The notes below the pieces were generated by a model. It saw nothing but the letters and a program-made list of their open reading frames with translations, had not been told where the DNA came from and did not search any database. Below, piece after piece: positions 12,686 to 25,689 of a stretch of DNA of 64,000 bases; position 1 is the first letter of the stretch, and each line of letters begins with the position of its first letter. The position numbers were made by a program, and so were the translations under genes. Source of the DNA: Somniosus microcephalus (Eukaryota); the NCBI GenBank assembly GCA_052327205.1, contig CM126219.1, positions 40,982,001 to 41,046,000 on the forward strand, written 5' to 3'.

Positions 12686-13182
12686 GGGGGAAAAATTGGG
12701 TCGCGCTCCCTTTGGGGCGCTAACTTCGCCGAGTGCTACTTCTAGCCCCCCGAAAAAATTAGTGCTCCCGCGGCCGAAATTCACTGGTAGCACCTCAAGA
12801 GGGAGGCGGGGTGCTACTGGATGCGCTCCGCCTCCCTCTTGGGGCGCATGAACAAAAATGGCCGCCCAGCACCTCCCCTTTAATTTGCGCCGCCCTGGCC
12901 GCAGGTAGGCCCCCCTGACCCTGTTGGACATAGCGTCCGGCGGTAATTCGGGGGCGCTACCGAAGATCGCAGCCAGAGTGCAAGCGGGGTGCCGCGCACG
13001 GCGATGACGTCATCGCCGGAGGCGCAGCGCCGCGGGGCGCTAACGATTACCACCACTGCTAATCTCCCGCTGAATTTCGCGGGAGGCCTTGGCGGCGCCG
13101 CGCCCAGGCGCTAGTTGCTTTGCGCCCCGTTAGCCCTCTTAGGGCGCTAATGGGAGGCGCAAATCAACCGAATATTTCCCCC
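12686..13182. mobile_element. GC-rich Harbinger-type MITE
   Basis: Imperfect TIRs GGGGGAAAAATT / AATATTTCCCCC, repeated GGCGCTA motifs, internal palindrome at 12999-13018. Confidence 0.75.
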
Positions 13183-13194
13183 ATATATGTTTCA

Positions 13195-13298
13195 TACAAC
13201 AGTGACTACACTTCAAAAGTACTTCACTGGCTGTAAAGCATTTTGAGACATCCTGAGGTTGTGAAAGGAGCTATATAAATGCAAAACTTTATTTCTTT
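13195..13298 (+). mobile_element. Deu SINE 3' tail
   Basis: TACAACAGTGACTACACTTCAAAAGTACTTC...GCTATATAAATGCAA. Confidence 0.75.
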
Positions 13299-13759
13299 CT
13301 AAATGGGGAACAATCCGCAATAACTTCTTAACACAAATGGTCAAGTTGCTAAATTATTAATGATGTAGGGATGTCACTTACCTTCTGTTCCCTCCTGCAC
13401 TTTAGTTTACTGACCATTACTTGAACTTTATTAACCTTAGGGGTTGGTGGTACAAGCAAATCTCAAGTAATAGCCAGATCAGTCTGTCTTCTTATATTCA
13501 AAAATGTTTGCAGCAATACTGGCAATGAAACTGAGCAGTACCTCACCATCTCATGTGTTTCCCAGCTCCCCCTTCCATAACATAACATAGCTGGAGGAGA
13601 ATGTATGGCAGAGTCTCTGGTACTCTCCAAACCCCAGATAGGCTGCTGGCACGTGCACACAAATATGGGCCAGTCTGATCAGCTTCTTGACTCTTGTCCC
13701 TCTGCTACTTGTAATAGAATGGCTTTCCATTAACATGAGGTTTTGCAGGCTTTTTACAA

Positions 13760-13980
13760 AGTAGGGAATGAGCCCCTCAAGCCTGCGCCGCCATTCAATT
13801 AGATCATGGCTGATTCGTATCATAACTCCATCTACCCGCCTTGGTTCCGTAATTCTTAAAACCCTTGCCTAACAAAAATCTATCAACCTGACTTTTGACA
13901 TTTTTAATTAACCTAGCCTCAACAGCTTTGTGGAGGCGAGAGTTCCAGATTTCCATTACCTGTTGTGTGAAGAAGTCTCT
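13760..13980 (-). mobile_element. CR1 3' end fragment
   Basis: FFTQQVMEIWNS...KGFKNYGTKAG followed by the CR1 3' UTR motif. Confidence 0.75.
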
Positions 13981-14702
13981 ATTTTGTAATTTCCCTAACA
14001 GAGATTGAGTATTAAATTTACAGGTCACCTTGGCCTTAAATATTATTTCTTCCATTAGTTGGTGATGGAGCTGAAATATTTATATCCTAGTTCAAATAGT
14101 AAATTTGACATTGACAAATTTGATATTGGCTGCTGTACAGAAGGAGATCAATGCTTATCGCTTTGGTTCCATACAGTAGCGCGTAGGAACAGTGCTAGTG
14201 CTGTAAAGCTGCTCCGTTCTGCAGATGTATGGCAATAACTGATAACCTGCAGATTGGGTTTTTGTTATGAATGAATTTACAGAGATATCTCACCTTTTCA
14301 CATGAATTTTTGTGCTCAAAGTTAGGGATACTAGTTGGGAAATGAAATACATTCCATTTTGGGTATCGGTGTGCTGCCAGTTCAGGTACAACACAATTAG
14401 CTTTAGGGTGAAGCTCCCTCTACTCTTCTGCAATACGTGCCTTCGCCCCTAACTCACAAGAGCCATCTTTACTACACCAGCGTCATGTGGTCTTTTGCTA
14501 TATCCCACACCTGTGTCCTCTCGAAGTAAGATTGCCAATGAGTGCCAATTTAGAGGCAGTTTCAATTTGTGGGCCCATGCCCACTAGAAACTGGAGCTAG
14601 ACTGCTGCAACTTACTTTTTTTTGTTATTAAATTGTTTTATAGAATTAAAACAAAATTATTCAGTTGCAAAATAGTGCACAGATGAGAGATAAACCCATA
14701 CA

Positions 14703-15262
14703 TCACAAAGCCTTTCCACCACCTACAAGGCACAAGTCAGGAGTGTGATGGAATACTCTCCACTTGCCTGGATGAGTGCAGCTCCAACAACACTCAAGAA
14801 GCGTGACACCATCCAGGACAAAGCAGCCCGCTTGATCGGCACCCCAACCAGCAACTTAAACATTCACTCCCTCCGCCACTGGCGCACCTTGGCTGCAGTG
14901 TGTATCATCTACAAGATGCACTGCAGCAACTCGCCAAGGCTTCTTCGACAGCTCCTCCCAAACCTGTGACCTCTACCACCTAGAAGGGCAAGGGCAGCAG
15001 GTGCCTGGGAACACCATCACCTCCAAGTTCCCCATCAAGTTACATACCATCCTGACTTGGAAATATATCGCCATTCCTTCATCGTCACTGGGACAAAACC
15101 CTGGTGCTCCCTCCCTAACAGCATTGTGGGAGTATCTTCACCAGACAGACTGCAGCAGTTCAAGAAGGCAGCTCATCACCACCTTCTCAAGGGCAATTAG
15201 GGATGGGCAATAAATGCTGGCCTTGCCAGTGACACCCACATCCCATAAACGAATTTTTAAAA
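14703..15262 (+). mobile_element. Family B LINE 3' fragment
   Basis: MEYSPLAWMSAAPTTLKK..IQDKAARLIG and the family B tail. Confidence 0.85.
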
Positions 15263-15580
15263 ACCCACTAGTTGCAGCCTGCCAATCCAAAAATGACCCG
15301 TTTATTCCTACTCTCTGTTTTCTGTCCATTAACTAATCCTCAATCCATGCTAGTATATTACCCCAATCCCATGATCCCTAATTTTGTTTAATAACCTTTT
15401 GTGTGGCACCTTATCGAATGCCTTCTGAAAATCCAAATACACCACATCCACTGGTTCCCCCTTATCTATTCTGCGAGTAACAACCACAAAAAACTCCAAC
15501 AGATTAGTCAAACATGATTTCCGTGTTGACTCTGCCTAATCCTATAATTATTTTCTAATTGCCCTGTTACCATGTCCTTA
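15263..15580 (-). mobile_element. CR1 RT internal fragment
   Basis: RKQRVGINGSF..WQ and DVVYLDFQKAFDKVP codons on the minus strand. Confidence 0.8.
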
Positions 15581-16547
15581 CCCACTACATAACAGGAAAT
15601 TAGCAACCTTAATTGCAATTACCCACAAAATTACATTTATGTCAGGGAAAATTAGGGGTCATGCCTATAAACTATGCAAGCATAACACGAGTCAGGAAGT
15701 TTTTCTTTACACAGAGGGTTGTTGATGCCTGGAACAAGTTGCCACTTTGATTGTTAAGTGCAACAGTTCATCAAAGGAACTGGATGACTTCCTTGCTGTG
15801 GCTAATATCACTGTATACAGAAGATAGCTTGAAATTGGGTTTCTACCTCATGGTCACTATGTTCTCCTGGAACTTGTTTTTGATCGCCTTAGGAGGCCGG
15901 AGAGGAATTTCCCAGATTTGTTTCCCCTGAATAGGTCTAAAAAAAATTTTTTTTGTCTCTCTTAGAAGGTCATGTGACAAATAAATTGAGGGAACACTGT
16001 AGAGTCACGATGCTTTGTTGCGTCGTGACTGTTTGGAACAGGTTCATTGGGCTAGCTGTTTGTTTTCCTCTTCATCATTTCATATGTTCATAGTACACAT
16101 ACCAGAAATTCCTCCATATTAAAACTCACTTTGCCTGTGGGATAAATGCACAAAGTCGTTCTCTCTCTATTATTTGCTATTTACAAAATATTGAGAAAAT
16201 ATAATGGCTTTATTCTTACTGTTGTGAAAAGCTGCTATATCTTTGTGATACAGGATTGCTATACAGTGAAGTGGTCACATATTACATTGGTGAGTTTAGT
16301 TTGGAGACTGGCTGCAATGTAGGAGGAGCAGCATTGCAACAGGAGTTATCTTTAAGAAATGGACACTATTACAACAATGAATTGAGTTTGTTGCTGGAAA
16401 ACAATGTGAGGCTAGAGAGTTCAATAGGTTGGCATCATTGGGTACGTACGTACATGTATCACATGATACATCACATGATTTTTGAAAGCCAAAGAAGTAT
16501 CTGTTTCAGGTAAACATTCACCATCTTTCAGCCCACACATCTATATA

Positions 16548-17482
16548 CTAGCTGGGGGAGCCCGGCTTTGCCAGGGCTGTTTTGGGCTGGGGGAGCCCGG
16601 CTTTGCCAGGGCTGTTTTGGGCTGGGGGAGCCCGGCTTTGCCAGGGCTGTTTTGGGCCGGGCGGTTTAAATCGAGTGCCAGGCTTTGGGGCCTCGCTGTG
16701 AATCTGCTGCCGGGCAACATTTTAAATCGAGTCCCAGGCTTTCGGGCCCTGTCTGTGTCCCTTTGTGAATCTGCTGCCGGGCAACATTGCTACCTTTTAA
16801 TACCTTGAAAGATGAAAGTGAAAGTACTTATAAAAGGTTTTTGGTAAATCTTATGTTATTTTTAAAAGAGAAACTAACTTTTTCAAAGCTGGATGATCAA
16901 AGGGCTTTCAGGCCCTGTCTCTCTCTCCCTGTGTGAATCTGCTGCCGGGCAACATTTCTACCTTTTAATACCTTGAAAGATGAAAGTGAAAGTACTTATA
17001 AAATGTTTTTGGTAAATCTTATGTTATTTTTAAAAGAGATACTAACTTTCAAAGTAGTTTGAGCTGGAAGCTGAAGTCATGGCAGTGAAACAATGGCTGC
17101 CACATCCCCGAGATGAAAACGATTAGTCCCGCCCACACACACACACACACCGATTGGCCAAACATCAGGGGACTGTACTGTAGGATTGGTCAATCGTGAC
17201 GGCACAGGATTGGTCGAACCTTGACGTCAGTCAATCAATGCTAGCAGATAATGAGTTTAATTTTGAAGGTTTTTTGCATAAGGCGCGAACAATTTTCATC
17301 CGACCGAAAAGTAAATACACTTACGAGCGTCCTGGAAGCGTAAGCTTTCTTCGGAGGTAACGCGCGCGTAGGTACGCCGTATAACTTTCGAGCGCATAGC
17401 CAGACAGACGCACACCCGAGGACAGACAGAAGGACAGACAGAAGGACAGACAGAAGGACAGACAGATCGACTCCTTTATAGG
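16548..17482 (-). mobile_element. Non-autonomous Helitron (Lep1-like architecture)
   Basis: The minus-strand 3' end is hairpin GCCCTGGC-AAA-GCCGGGC followed by CTAG|T (16548-16551). A (GACA)n-type microsatellite lies near the other end. No TSD; 5' boundary approximate. Confidence 0.65.
16551..16655. repeat. 3 x 35-bp tandem repeat of the Helitron terminal hairpin
   Basis: GCTGGGGGAGCCCGGCTTTGCCAGGGCTGTTTTGG x3. Confidence 0.95.
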
Positions 17483-17859
17483 TTGCATCAGTCTGGTTTT
17501 CTATGTTTGTCATTTTTACCGTCGGAACGGTCGAGACTGACAGCTCCCTTTTTATAATTAGTAGCTTGAACTGGAGAGCAGACATTTAAGATGAATATTT
17601 TTGCTAGAGAAGTCCAACCCAAATGATTGTGGGTAACACATGGTGGTTGTCTTGGTAATCGCATACCAATATCAGAATGTAATAATGGAAATATGCATGT
17701 GTAAAAACATCTTCTGATATATACTATGTAATAAATCTTTATTATTGAATTTATTACACATGACAACATCATTACTTCTCTCAACCCCCGCTCCATGGAA
17801 TCTGCTTTCATCCAGTTTGATTTGTTAAAACTTGTCTACAGGCCTAGTTGGCAGAAGCT

Positions 17860-19695
17860 TTTTTATATTCGTTCCTGGGATGTGGGTGTTGCTGGCAAGG
17901 TGTGGTGAAGGTACTCCCACAGTGCTGTTAGGTAGGGAGTTCCAGGATTTTGACCCAGCGACGATGAAGGATCGGCGATATACTTCTAAGTCAGGATGGT
18001 GTGTCGGTGGTGGAGGGAGTGAATGTTTAAGGTGGTGGATTGGGTGCCAGTCAAGCAGGCTGCTTTGTCCTGGATGGTGTCGAGCTTCTTGAGTGTTGTT
18101 GGAGCTGCACTCATCCAGGCAAGTAGAGAGTATTTCATCACACTCCTTACTTGTGCCTTGTAGATGGTGGAAAGGCTTTGGTGAGTCAGGAGGTGAGACA
18201 CTTGCTGCAGAATACCTAGCCTCTGACCTGTTCTTGTTGCCACAGTATTTATGTGGCTGGTCCAGTTAAGTTTCTGGTCAATGGTGACCCCCCAGGATGT
18301 TGCTGGTGGGGGATTCGGCGATGGTAATGCCGTTGAATGTCAAGGGTAGGTGGTTAGACTCTCGCTTGTTGGAGATAATCATTGCCTGGCACGTCTGTGG
18401 CACGAATGTTACCTGCCACTTATCAGCCCAAGCCTGAACGTCGTCCAGGTCTTGTTGCATGCAGGCATGGATTGCTTCATTATTTAAGGAGTTGTGAATA
18501 GCGCTGAACACTGTGCAGTCATCAGAAAACATCCCCATTTCTGACCGTATGTGGGAGGGAAGGTCATTGATGAAGCAGCTGAAGGTGGTTGGGCCTATGA
18601 CACTGCCTTGAGGAACTCCTGCAGCGATGTCCTGGGGCTGTGATGAATGCCCTTCAACCACCACAACCATCTTCCTTTGTGCTAGGTATGACTCCAGCCA
18701 GTGGAGCGATTTCCCCACGATTCCCATTGACTTCAGTTTTACTACGGCTCCTTGATGCCACACTCGGTCAAATGCTGCCTTGATGTCAAGGGCAGTCACT
18801 CTCACCTCACCTCTGGAATCAGCTCCTTTGTCCATGTTTGGACCAAGGCTGTAATGAGGTTAGGAGCTGAGTGGTCCTGGCGGAACCCAAACTGGGCATC
18901 AGTGAGCAGGTTTTTGGTGAGTATGTGCTGCTTGATAGCACTGTCGATGACACCTTCCATCACTTTGCTGATGATTGAGAGTAGACTGATGGGGCGGTAA
19001 TTGGCCGGATTGGATTTGTCCTGCTTTTTGTGGACAGGACATACCTGGGCTGTTTTCCACATTGTCGGATAGATGCCAGTGTTGTAGCTGTACTGGAACA
19101 GCTTGGTTAGAGGCGCAGCTAGTTCTGGAGCACAAGTCTTCAGCACAATAGCCGGGATGTTGTCGGGGCCCATAGCCTTTGCTGTAACCAGTGTGCTCAG
19201 CCATTTCTTGATATCACGTAGAGTGAATCGAATTGGCTGAAGACTGGCTTCCATGATGGCAGGGACCTCAGGAGTAGGCCGATATGGATCATCCACTCGG
19301 TACTTCTGGCTGAAGATGCAAATGCTTCAGCCTTGTCTTTTGCACTCATGTGCTGGGCTCCACCATCATTGAGGATGGGGATATTCATGGAGCCTCCTCC
19401 TCCTGTTAGTTGTTTAATGATCCACCACCATTCATGAATGGATGTGGCAGGACTGCAGAGCTTTGATCTGATTCATTGATTGTGGGATCGCTTAGCCCTG
19501 TCTATAGCATGCTGCTTCTGCTTTTTAGCATGCATGTAGTCCTGTGTTGCAGCTTCCCCAGGTTGGCACCTCATTTTTAGGTACGCCTGGTGCTGCTCCT
19601 GGTATGCTCTTCTACACTCCTTATTGAACTAGGGTTGGTTTCCCTGGCTTGGTGGTAATGGTAGAGAGAGGGATATGCTGGGCCATGAGGTTACA
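17860..19695 (-). mobile_element. Family B LINE, degraded RT region
   Basis: KAMGPDNIP, NYRPISLL, ALDIKAAFDRVWH, GVPQGSVIGP, MFSDD. Confidence 0.9.
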
Positions 19696-20700
19696 GGTAC
19701 CACAAGGATCAGTGCTTGGGCCTCAGCAATTCACAATCTACATCAATGATTTGGATGAGGGGACCAAATGTAATATGTCCAAGTTTGATGATGATACAAA
19801 GCTGGGTGGGAGTGTAAGTTGTGAGGAAGATGCAAGGAGGCTTCAAGGGGATATAGACAGGCTAAGTGAGTGGGTAAGAACATGGCAAATGGAATATAAT
19901 ATGGGGAAATGTGAAGTTATCCACTTTGGTAAGAAAAATCAAAAGGTAGAGTATTTTTTAAATGGTGAGAGATTGGGAAATGTTGGTGTTCAGAGGGACC
20001 TGGGTGTCCTTGTACACGAATCACTGAAAGTTAACATGCAGGTACAGCAAGCAATTAGGAAAGCAAATGGTATGTTGGCCTTTATTACAAGAGGATTTGA
20101 GTATAAGAGTAAAGACGTCTTACTGCAATTATATAGAGCCCTGGTGAGACCACACCTGGAATATTGTTGACAATTTTGGTCTCCTTACCTAAAGAATACT
20201 TGCCATAGAAGAAGTGCAATGAAGATTCAACAGACTGATTCCTGGGATGGGGGCATTGTCCTATGAAGAGAGATTGAGTAGACTAGGCCTATATTCTCTA
20301 GAGTTTAGAAGAATGAGAGGTGATCTCATTGAAAAATACAAAATTCTTACGGGCTTGACAGGGTAGATGCAGGGAGGATGTTTCCCCTGGCTGGGGTGTC
20401 TAGAACCAGGGGGTCAGAATAAGGGATTGTCCATTTATGACTGAGATGAGGAGAAATTTCTTCACTCAGAGGGTGGTGAATCTTTGGAATTCTCTACCCC
20501 AGAGGGCTGTGGAGTATATTCAAGACAGAGATCGATAGATTTTTGAATATTAAGGGAATCAAGGAATATGGAGATAGTGCAGGAAAGTGGGGATGAGGTA
20601 GAAGATCAGCCATGATATTATTGAATGGCAGAGCAGGCGAGCAGGCGAGCAGGGCCAAATGGCCTACTCTAGCTCTTGTTTCTTATGTTCTTATATTCTT
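19696..20700 (+). mobile_element. 5'-truncated CR1 LINE
   Basis: VPQGSVLGP, KFDDDTKLGG, LVRPHLEYC and the 3' tail TTCTTATGTTCTTAT. Confidence 0.9.
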
Positions 20701-21424
20701 CTCACAAAGTTATTGTACATTTTGTGTATTCATAGCTCTTATTTAAATTTGGGACGATACCTATTGATAAACTGGTAGAGTTCTGAAAGGGAGCATGGAG
20801 TAACAAAGTCTTGACGGAAACTTTTATTGTAATCTTTGCAGCAGTGTGGCTGATGCGTTTAGTTCCTAACTTGGACTATTTGGAGGATTAGGAGCCAGAT
20901 AGGGCACCCTGGGAGGTCCACAGGTAGAAGACCTGCTGGTAGAGCATACAATGTAGGTAGGGTCTCAACAATCTGGATTGGACAGAGGCCTAGTATCTCA
21001 GTAGGCTGTAGCTCAGCAAGGAGGCAATAACTGATTTCTGTCAACTTCTTCAAGAATGCGCATACATAGTCAACAATTAGCACCACTGTAGTTGTGACAT
21101 TTATAGCACAGAGTCGAGCACTTAGAGACATGCCTGGCATCAGCAAGTTTGCTGCATTACATTGCACTAGGAAGATCAAAAATGCTATTTCTAGGCATGC
21201 TAACACATGCTTTGTGTTCAGATTCAACCAGCAGCAGGAGTGACAAGCTGTTTTATTAGCAACTGATAGCTTTGTGGACCACGCCCATGAGTCATGCATG
21301 GGCCTTTCTTTAATCGCATGATCTACCTGAATAAAAAGAGGTTTTATTGTTACTATGACGTATGACCACCGACAGAAGATAAAGTATGTCAATGCAGACT
21401 TTCTAGGCATCCTGCATGACATGC

Positions 21425-21755
21425 GGTGGGTATGGTAATGCAAAGGTTATGCTACTGGACCATGGCAAGTTGCGAAATTGAATTCAGTAAATTTGGCAAT
21501 CTGTGACCATGAAAGCAGATTGTCATAAGAACCCAGTTGGTTCACTAATACCCTTCAGGGGAGGGAATATTTCACTACTGCCTAGTCTGTTTTACACGTT
21601 ACTCTAGTCTACACTACTTGGTTGACTCTTAAAGCCCCAGCAAGCTTCAATCAATATTCAAGTAAAAGATCCACGCCCCCTTCTCAGGGTAACTAGAGAC
21701 GGGCAACAAATTCAACCTTGACAGCATCACTCACACTCCAAAAACAAATTTTAAA
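21425..21755 (+). mobile_element. Degraded SINE sharing the family B LINE 3' tail
   Basis: GGTTCACTAAT..CCTTCAGGG..GGTTGACTCTTAA...AGGGTAACTAGAGACGGGCAACAAAT. Confidence 0.55.
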
Positions 21756-22861
21756 AACTTCTTCACTGCCCAAATTGTTGCAAATGGAAAGAAGATTAGC
21801 AAGTTGATTGGAAGAGCCCTTGGCCGTCCTGACTGATGACAAATCCATACCTCAGCAAACTATAACCGCACATGTGCAAACCAGGATACTAATTGAATGG
21901 ACACTTGGGATACTGTAGCAATATTTCAGATATTTGGATTGCACAATGGGAGGTGTCATCCATATAGATAGGATGCTATTCTGAATTATTGGATGTGCTG
22001 CACAAGTTAGTTATACACAAAGGCCTCACCATGAAATAAGTTGAGTACCAGCAAAAATCTACAGGGAAGCAGGAGGATGTTTATGCAATGAACACATCAG
22101 CATCAGAGTAGATAGTGCAAGAAGGGAGACAGTAATATTGAGTTCTAATTGCCAACACCTTGAGTTGAATTCACAAGGTGTCTCTTCCTTGCCACAAATT
22201 GCTGGATGATTTACACACTAATAACGGCAAGCGCCATTAAACTCGCCATTATTACCTCAGCAAATTCTGGCCCATTATCTTTGATCTCTATCAGTGGGAC
22301 TAAAAAGCCAGGTTTGGGTCTTAGTTGTTTTTTCCTGTGGTGCTACATTTCTGAGAGATGATGAGTGACTAGCACTTCCTTGTTGTATATGTTTGAACTC
22401 ACTTGCAACCTCGTTGGTAATATTTCTGTAGTATGTGGATTTATTTTGATATTTTATCAAGAGCCCTGAACACAAGAAGTTGGAGAAAACGTGGCGAACT
22501 CTCAATATACGTGGAAATGATTTGGCACAAAATTAGTTGATTTTTTTAATACCTATACAACCTAAGAATTTTACTTAGATGGTTTAATCATCTGAGAAAG
22601 AGATTGCTGCAGATAAGTCATGTCACAGAATTTCCATTAATCTTTGTCTAAATTCTAACCATGTATGTGCAAGCGCAAATAATATTTTATATTTGAAGGT
22701 CTAAAATACTTACCTGTTCTTATTGATGGCACAAATACAATGCAATGGAACACTTTGTAATAGATTAATAGACTGGTGAATAGGGTAGGTGCTCGTTTGA
22801 TGTTTCGAATGTTGTGGGTTCATTCATTGGCCGCTTGTATATTGTGGTATTTTAAGACTAT

Positions 22862-23606
22862 GGCCCAGAAATTCAGGTCAGGGGCTTCCCGCAGGTGCAA
22901 GCCCCCGACCTGCACTTACCTTGCGCGCCAGCCGTTGTGCTGTGGGCCCCCGTGCGATTCCGATCCTGGGCCTGCTCCAACTGCCGGCGCGCAGTGCTTG
23001 CGTATCCCAGGGGCGCAGTTAGTTCGAAGCGTCCCCTGGGATCATGTGGGCCATGGAGAGCCAATCGGAGCAGGGAATGCTCCATTCATAAGTCTGACAG
23101 GAAGGGCTGTCAAACTTAGAAATACTACGGGCCCCAAAACATCACTAAATCTTCAAATACATTTTAAATAAACTATAAATTACATGAAATAACTGTTTTA
23201 AACAATAATTTAAATTTTTGAAAAAAATAATTTTATTTTCTAACGGGGCTAAAAATAAATTTACCTTTCTTTAAAGTATTTAAAAATAATAAACCTGTGG
23301 AAAAAATGTTTTAATTTTAATTAATTCACCACTTACCTTGTAAAAAGCAGGCCTTACGCCTGCTTTTTACATGTCTAACTTCTGGAGACTTACCCTCCCG
23401 GGAAAACCTGCAAAACAAAACGAAGTTCGATGCACACGTGCAGCCTTTCCCGCGCACGCGTTCGACCTCTGAACCCCTCCTTTCAGGGGAACGGAAGTGC
23501 TGGTTTCCCGCGCATGCGCAGTGCATGCACGAAACCAGCACTTCCATTGGGCCTACGGGTGAGTACCCCGTGCATACTCACCCGTGGAGACCCACATTTC
23601 TGGGCC
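22862..23606. mobile_element. Harbinger-type MITE with AT-rich core
   Basis: TIRs GGCCCAGAAAT / ATTTCTGGGCC, GC-rich arms. Confidence 0.75.
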
Positions 23607-24175
23607 ATTATAAAACATAGAACTGTCTCCATGTGCTGCAGAGATGTGGGCCGCAATTTTTATTCAGCTGAGGGGGCACGTTTGGAGGCAGGACTGTTGC
23701 AAAAATCGGAGAAATTGGGGGCGGGCTGCGAACCCGCCTCCATCCCGCCTCCACGCAACTTTGGGAAGTGTCGGGTCAGCCGCCCCCGAACTGACCCGAC
23801 ACCAAACGGCGGGACAGGTTGTTAAGGCATTTAACAGGTTGTTAATTGCCTAGATAATCCTATTTTAAGGGGCTGATCAGATTTTGGAGGTTTTTCGCCT
23901 TCCTAAAAACACACCAGGTGAATCGAGTCAGGTTGATCTAGGACCTGAATTGTTGCCAGCTGCTCGAGCAGCTTAAAAGCGGTTCTGCAATCTCTCATTC
24001 TTTCACATGCCACAACTTAGTGCTTTGAGGTTTGGGAGGCATTTTGCAGCTCCACTAATCTTATGAGTGTTGAGGCTGAAATCCATCTGCTGTGTGACCT
24101 CCTTGGAATACCCTCTGGCCACTTTGTCTGAGCGCACACAACCTCCATCCCTCGACTGAGATATATACCAGCAGT

Positions 24176-25689
24176 ATGGGAACCATTTATATCCTCTCAT
24201 CCTGGTCGTCAGATTCGGAGGAACAGCAGCCGCAGCAGCAGCGCAACCAGGCACAGCAGCAGCACCAACAGCAGGAATGCACAGCAGGGCTCCAGCAGAT
24301 CTGTCGAGGCATCGGACCTCGATGATGCACAGGGCAGAAGGCGTCAGCGCAGGCCTGCACCTCGCCGCAGGAGAAACCCCCAACACAGGGTTTACAGGCA
24401 GAGGATGAGCTTCCTCAACATGAGTGAGCAGCAGTGCCAAAGGAGGCTGAGACTTTTGTGAGAGGTAGTCGCTGACATCTGCGCAATGCTGCACCAACAC
24501 CTGGAGCCCAGGGGAGCAGGTGGGCACTCCTTACCAGTGGCTGTCAAAGTCACCACCGCACTCAACTTCTTTGCTTCAGGCTCCTTCCAGGGATCATCTG
24601 CAGACATCAGTGGCACCTCCCAGTTGGCCGCACACACCTTGCATCACGCAGTTTACCGATGCCCTCTTTGCAAAGGCGCACAATTACATCCACTTCTCCA
24701 CAGATGAAGCAAGTGTAACTTCGCGTGCAGTTGGCTTTGCAAGTATGGCAGGCTTGCCAAGGGTGCAGGGCATCGTAGACTGCACACATGTTGCCATTAG
24801 GGCACCCCATCACAACCCAGCTGTATTTGTCAACCGCAAGGGCTTCCACTCCCCTCACGTCCAGCTGGTGTGTAACCACAAGAACATCATCATGCATGTT
24901 TGCACCAAGTACCCTGGCAGTTGCCATGACTCCTTCATCCTGTGGCAGCCTACTGTGCCTCAGCTCTTCAATCCGCCAACCCAACTTTCCAGATGGCTAC
25001 TTGGCGACAAGGGTATCGCCTGAAAAAGTGGCTCATGACACCGATGAGGAGGCCATCAAACGAGGCTGAGGAGCGGTACAATCTGAGCCACATTTCCACC
25101 AGAAGCATCAGAGAGCAAACCATCAGCTTTCTCAAAATGCGATTCCGATGCCTGGACAGATCTGGTGGAGCCCTGCAGTACGCACCAGCCAGGGTGTGCC
25201 AGTACACTTTACACCTAATCACAGCCTATTACCATCTCGTCTAGCTTCTAATCTCTTTTACTTCTTTTGGTTCTTTTATTCTTTTGTCCGATCGCAGCCC
25301 TGCCTTCGATCTAGTTCCTTTTCTCTCCAGTTTTGAAGAAGGGTCAAACCCGAAACGTCAACTCAAATTTCTCTCCACGGATGTTGCCTGACTTGCTGAG
25401 TTTTTCCAGCATTTTCTGTTGTTATTCCAGAATCATTGTTGTCTGCTGTGTCCTGCACATCGCACAGCAGCATGACTTAGCACTCCCTGAGGAACAAGTG
25501 CCTCAGCGCAGAGCACCCTCGGAAGAAGAGGGGGAGGATGAGGAGGAGGACGAGGAGGAGGACGGGGCGGACAACGATGAGGAGGAGAAGGCATGCCTTG
25601 CAGGGTCGGATGTGGCCAATGCAGCAGCACTCAAGCTCATTGCTGGCCACCACGCAAGTGATGCACTCATCCATGCCAGATTCGCGTAA
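24176..25689 (+). pseudogene. Harbinger (HARBI1-like) DDE transposase, frameshifted
   Basis: [67 protein letters not shown] and an acidic C-terminus. Confidence 0.9.
25200..25427 (+). mobile_element. Penelope-like element remnant with a hammerhead ribozyme-like motif
   Basis: TTGAAGAAGGGTCAAACCCGAAACGTCAAC...GCCTGACTTGCTGAG..TTCCAGCATTTTCTG. It interrupts the transposase between ARV and SRIIVVCC. Confidence 0.7.

Noticed and set aside
20859-21443. 194-aa minus-strand ORF
   Set aside because: No recognisable domain, a non-ATG start and no clear splice context. It may be an old repeat.
24176-25689. Host HARBI1 gene
   Set aside because: It is frameshifted, flanked by TIRs and paired with a Myb gene, so it is a transposon copy and not the domesticated gene.
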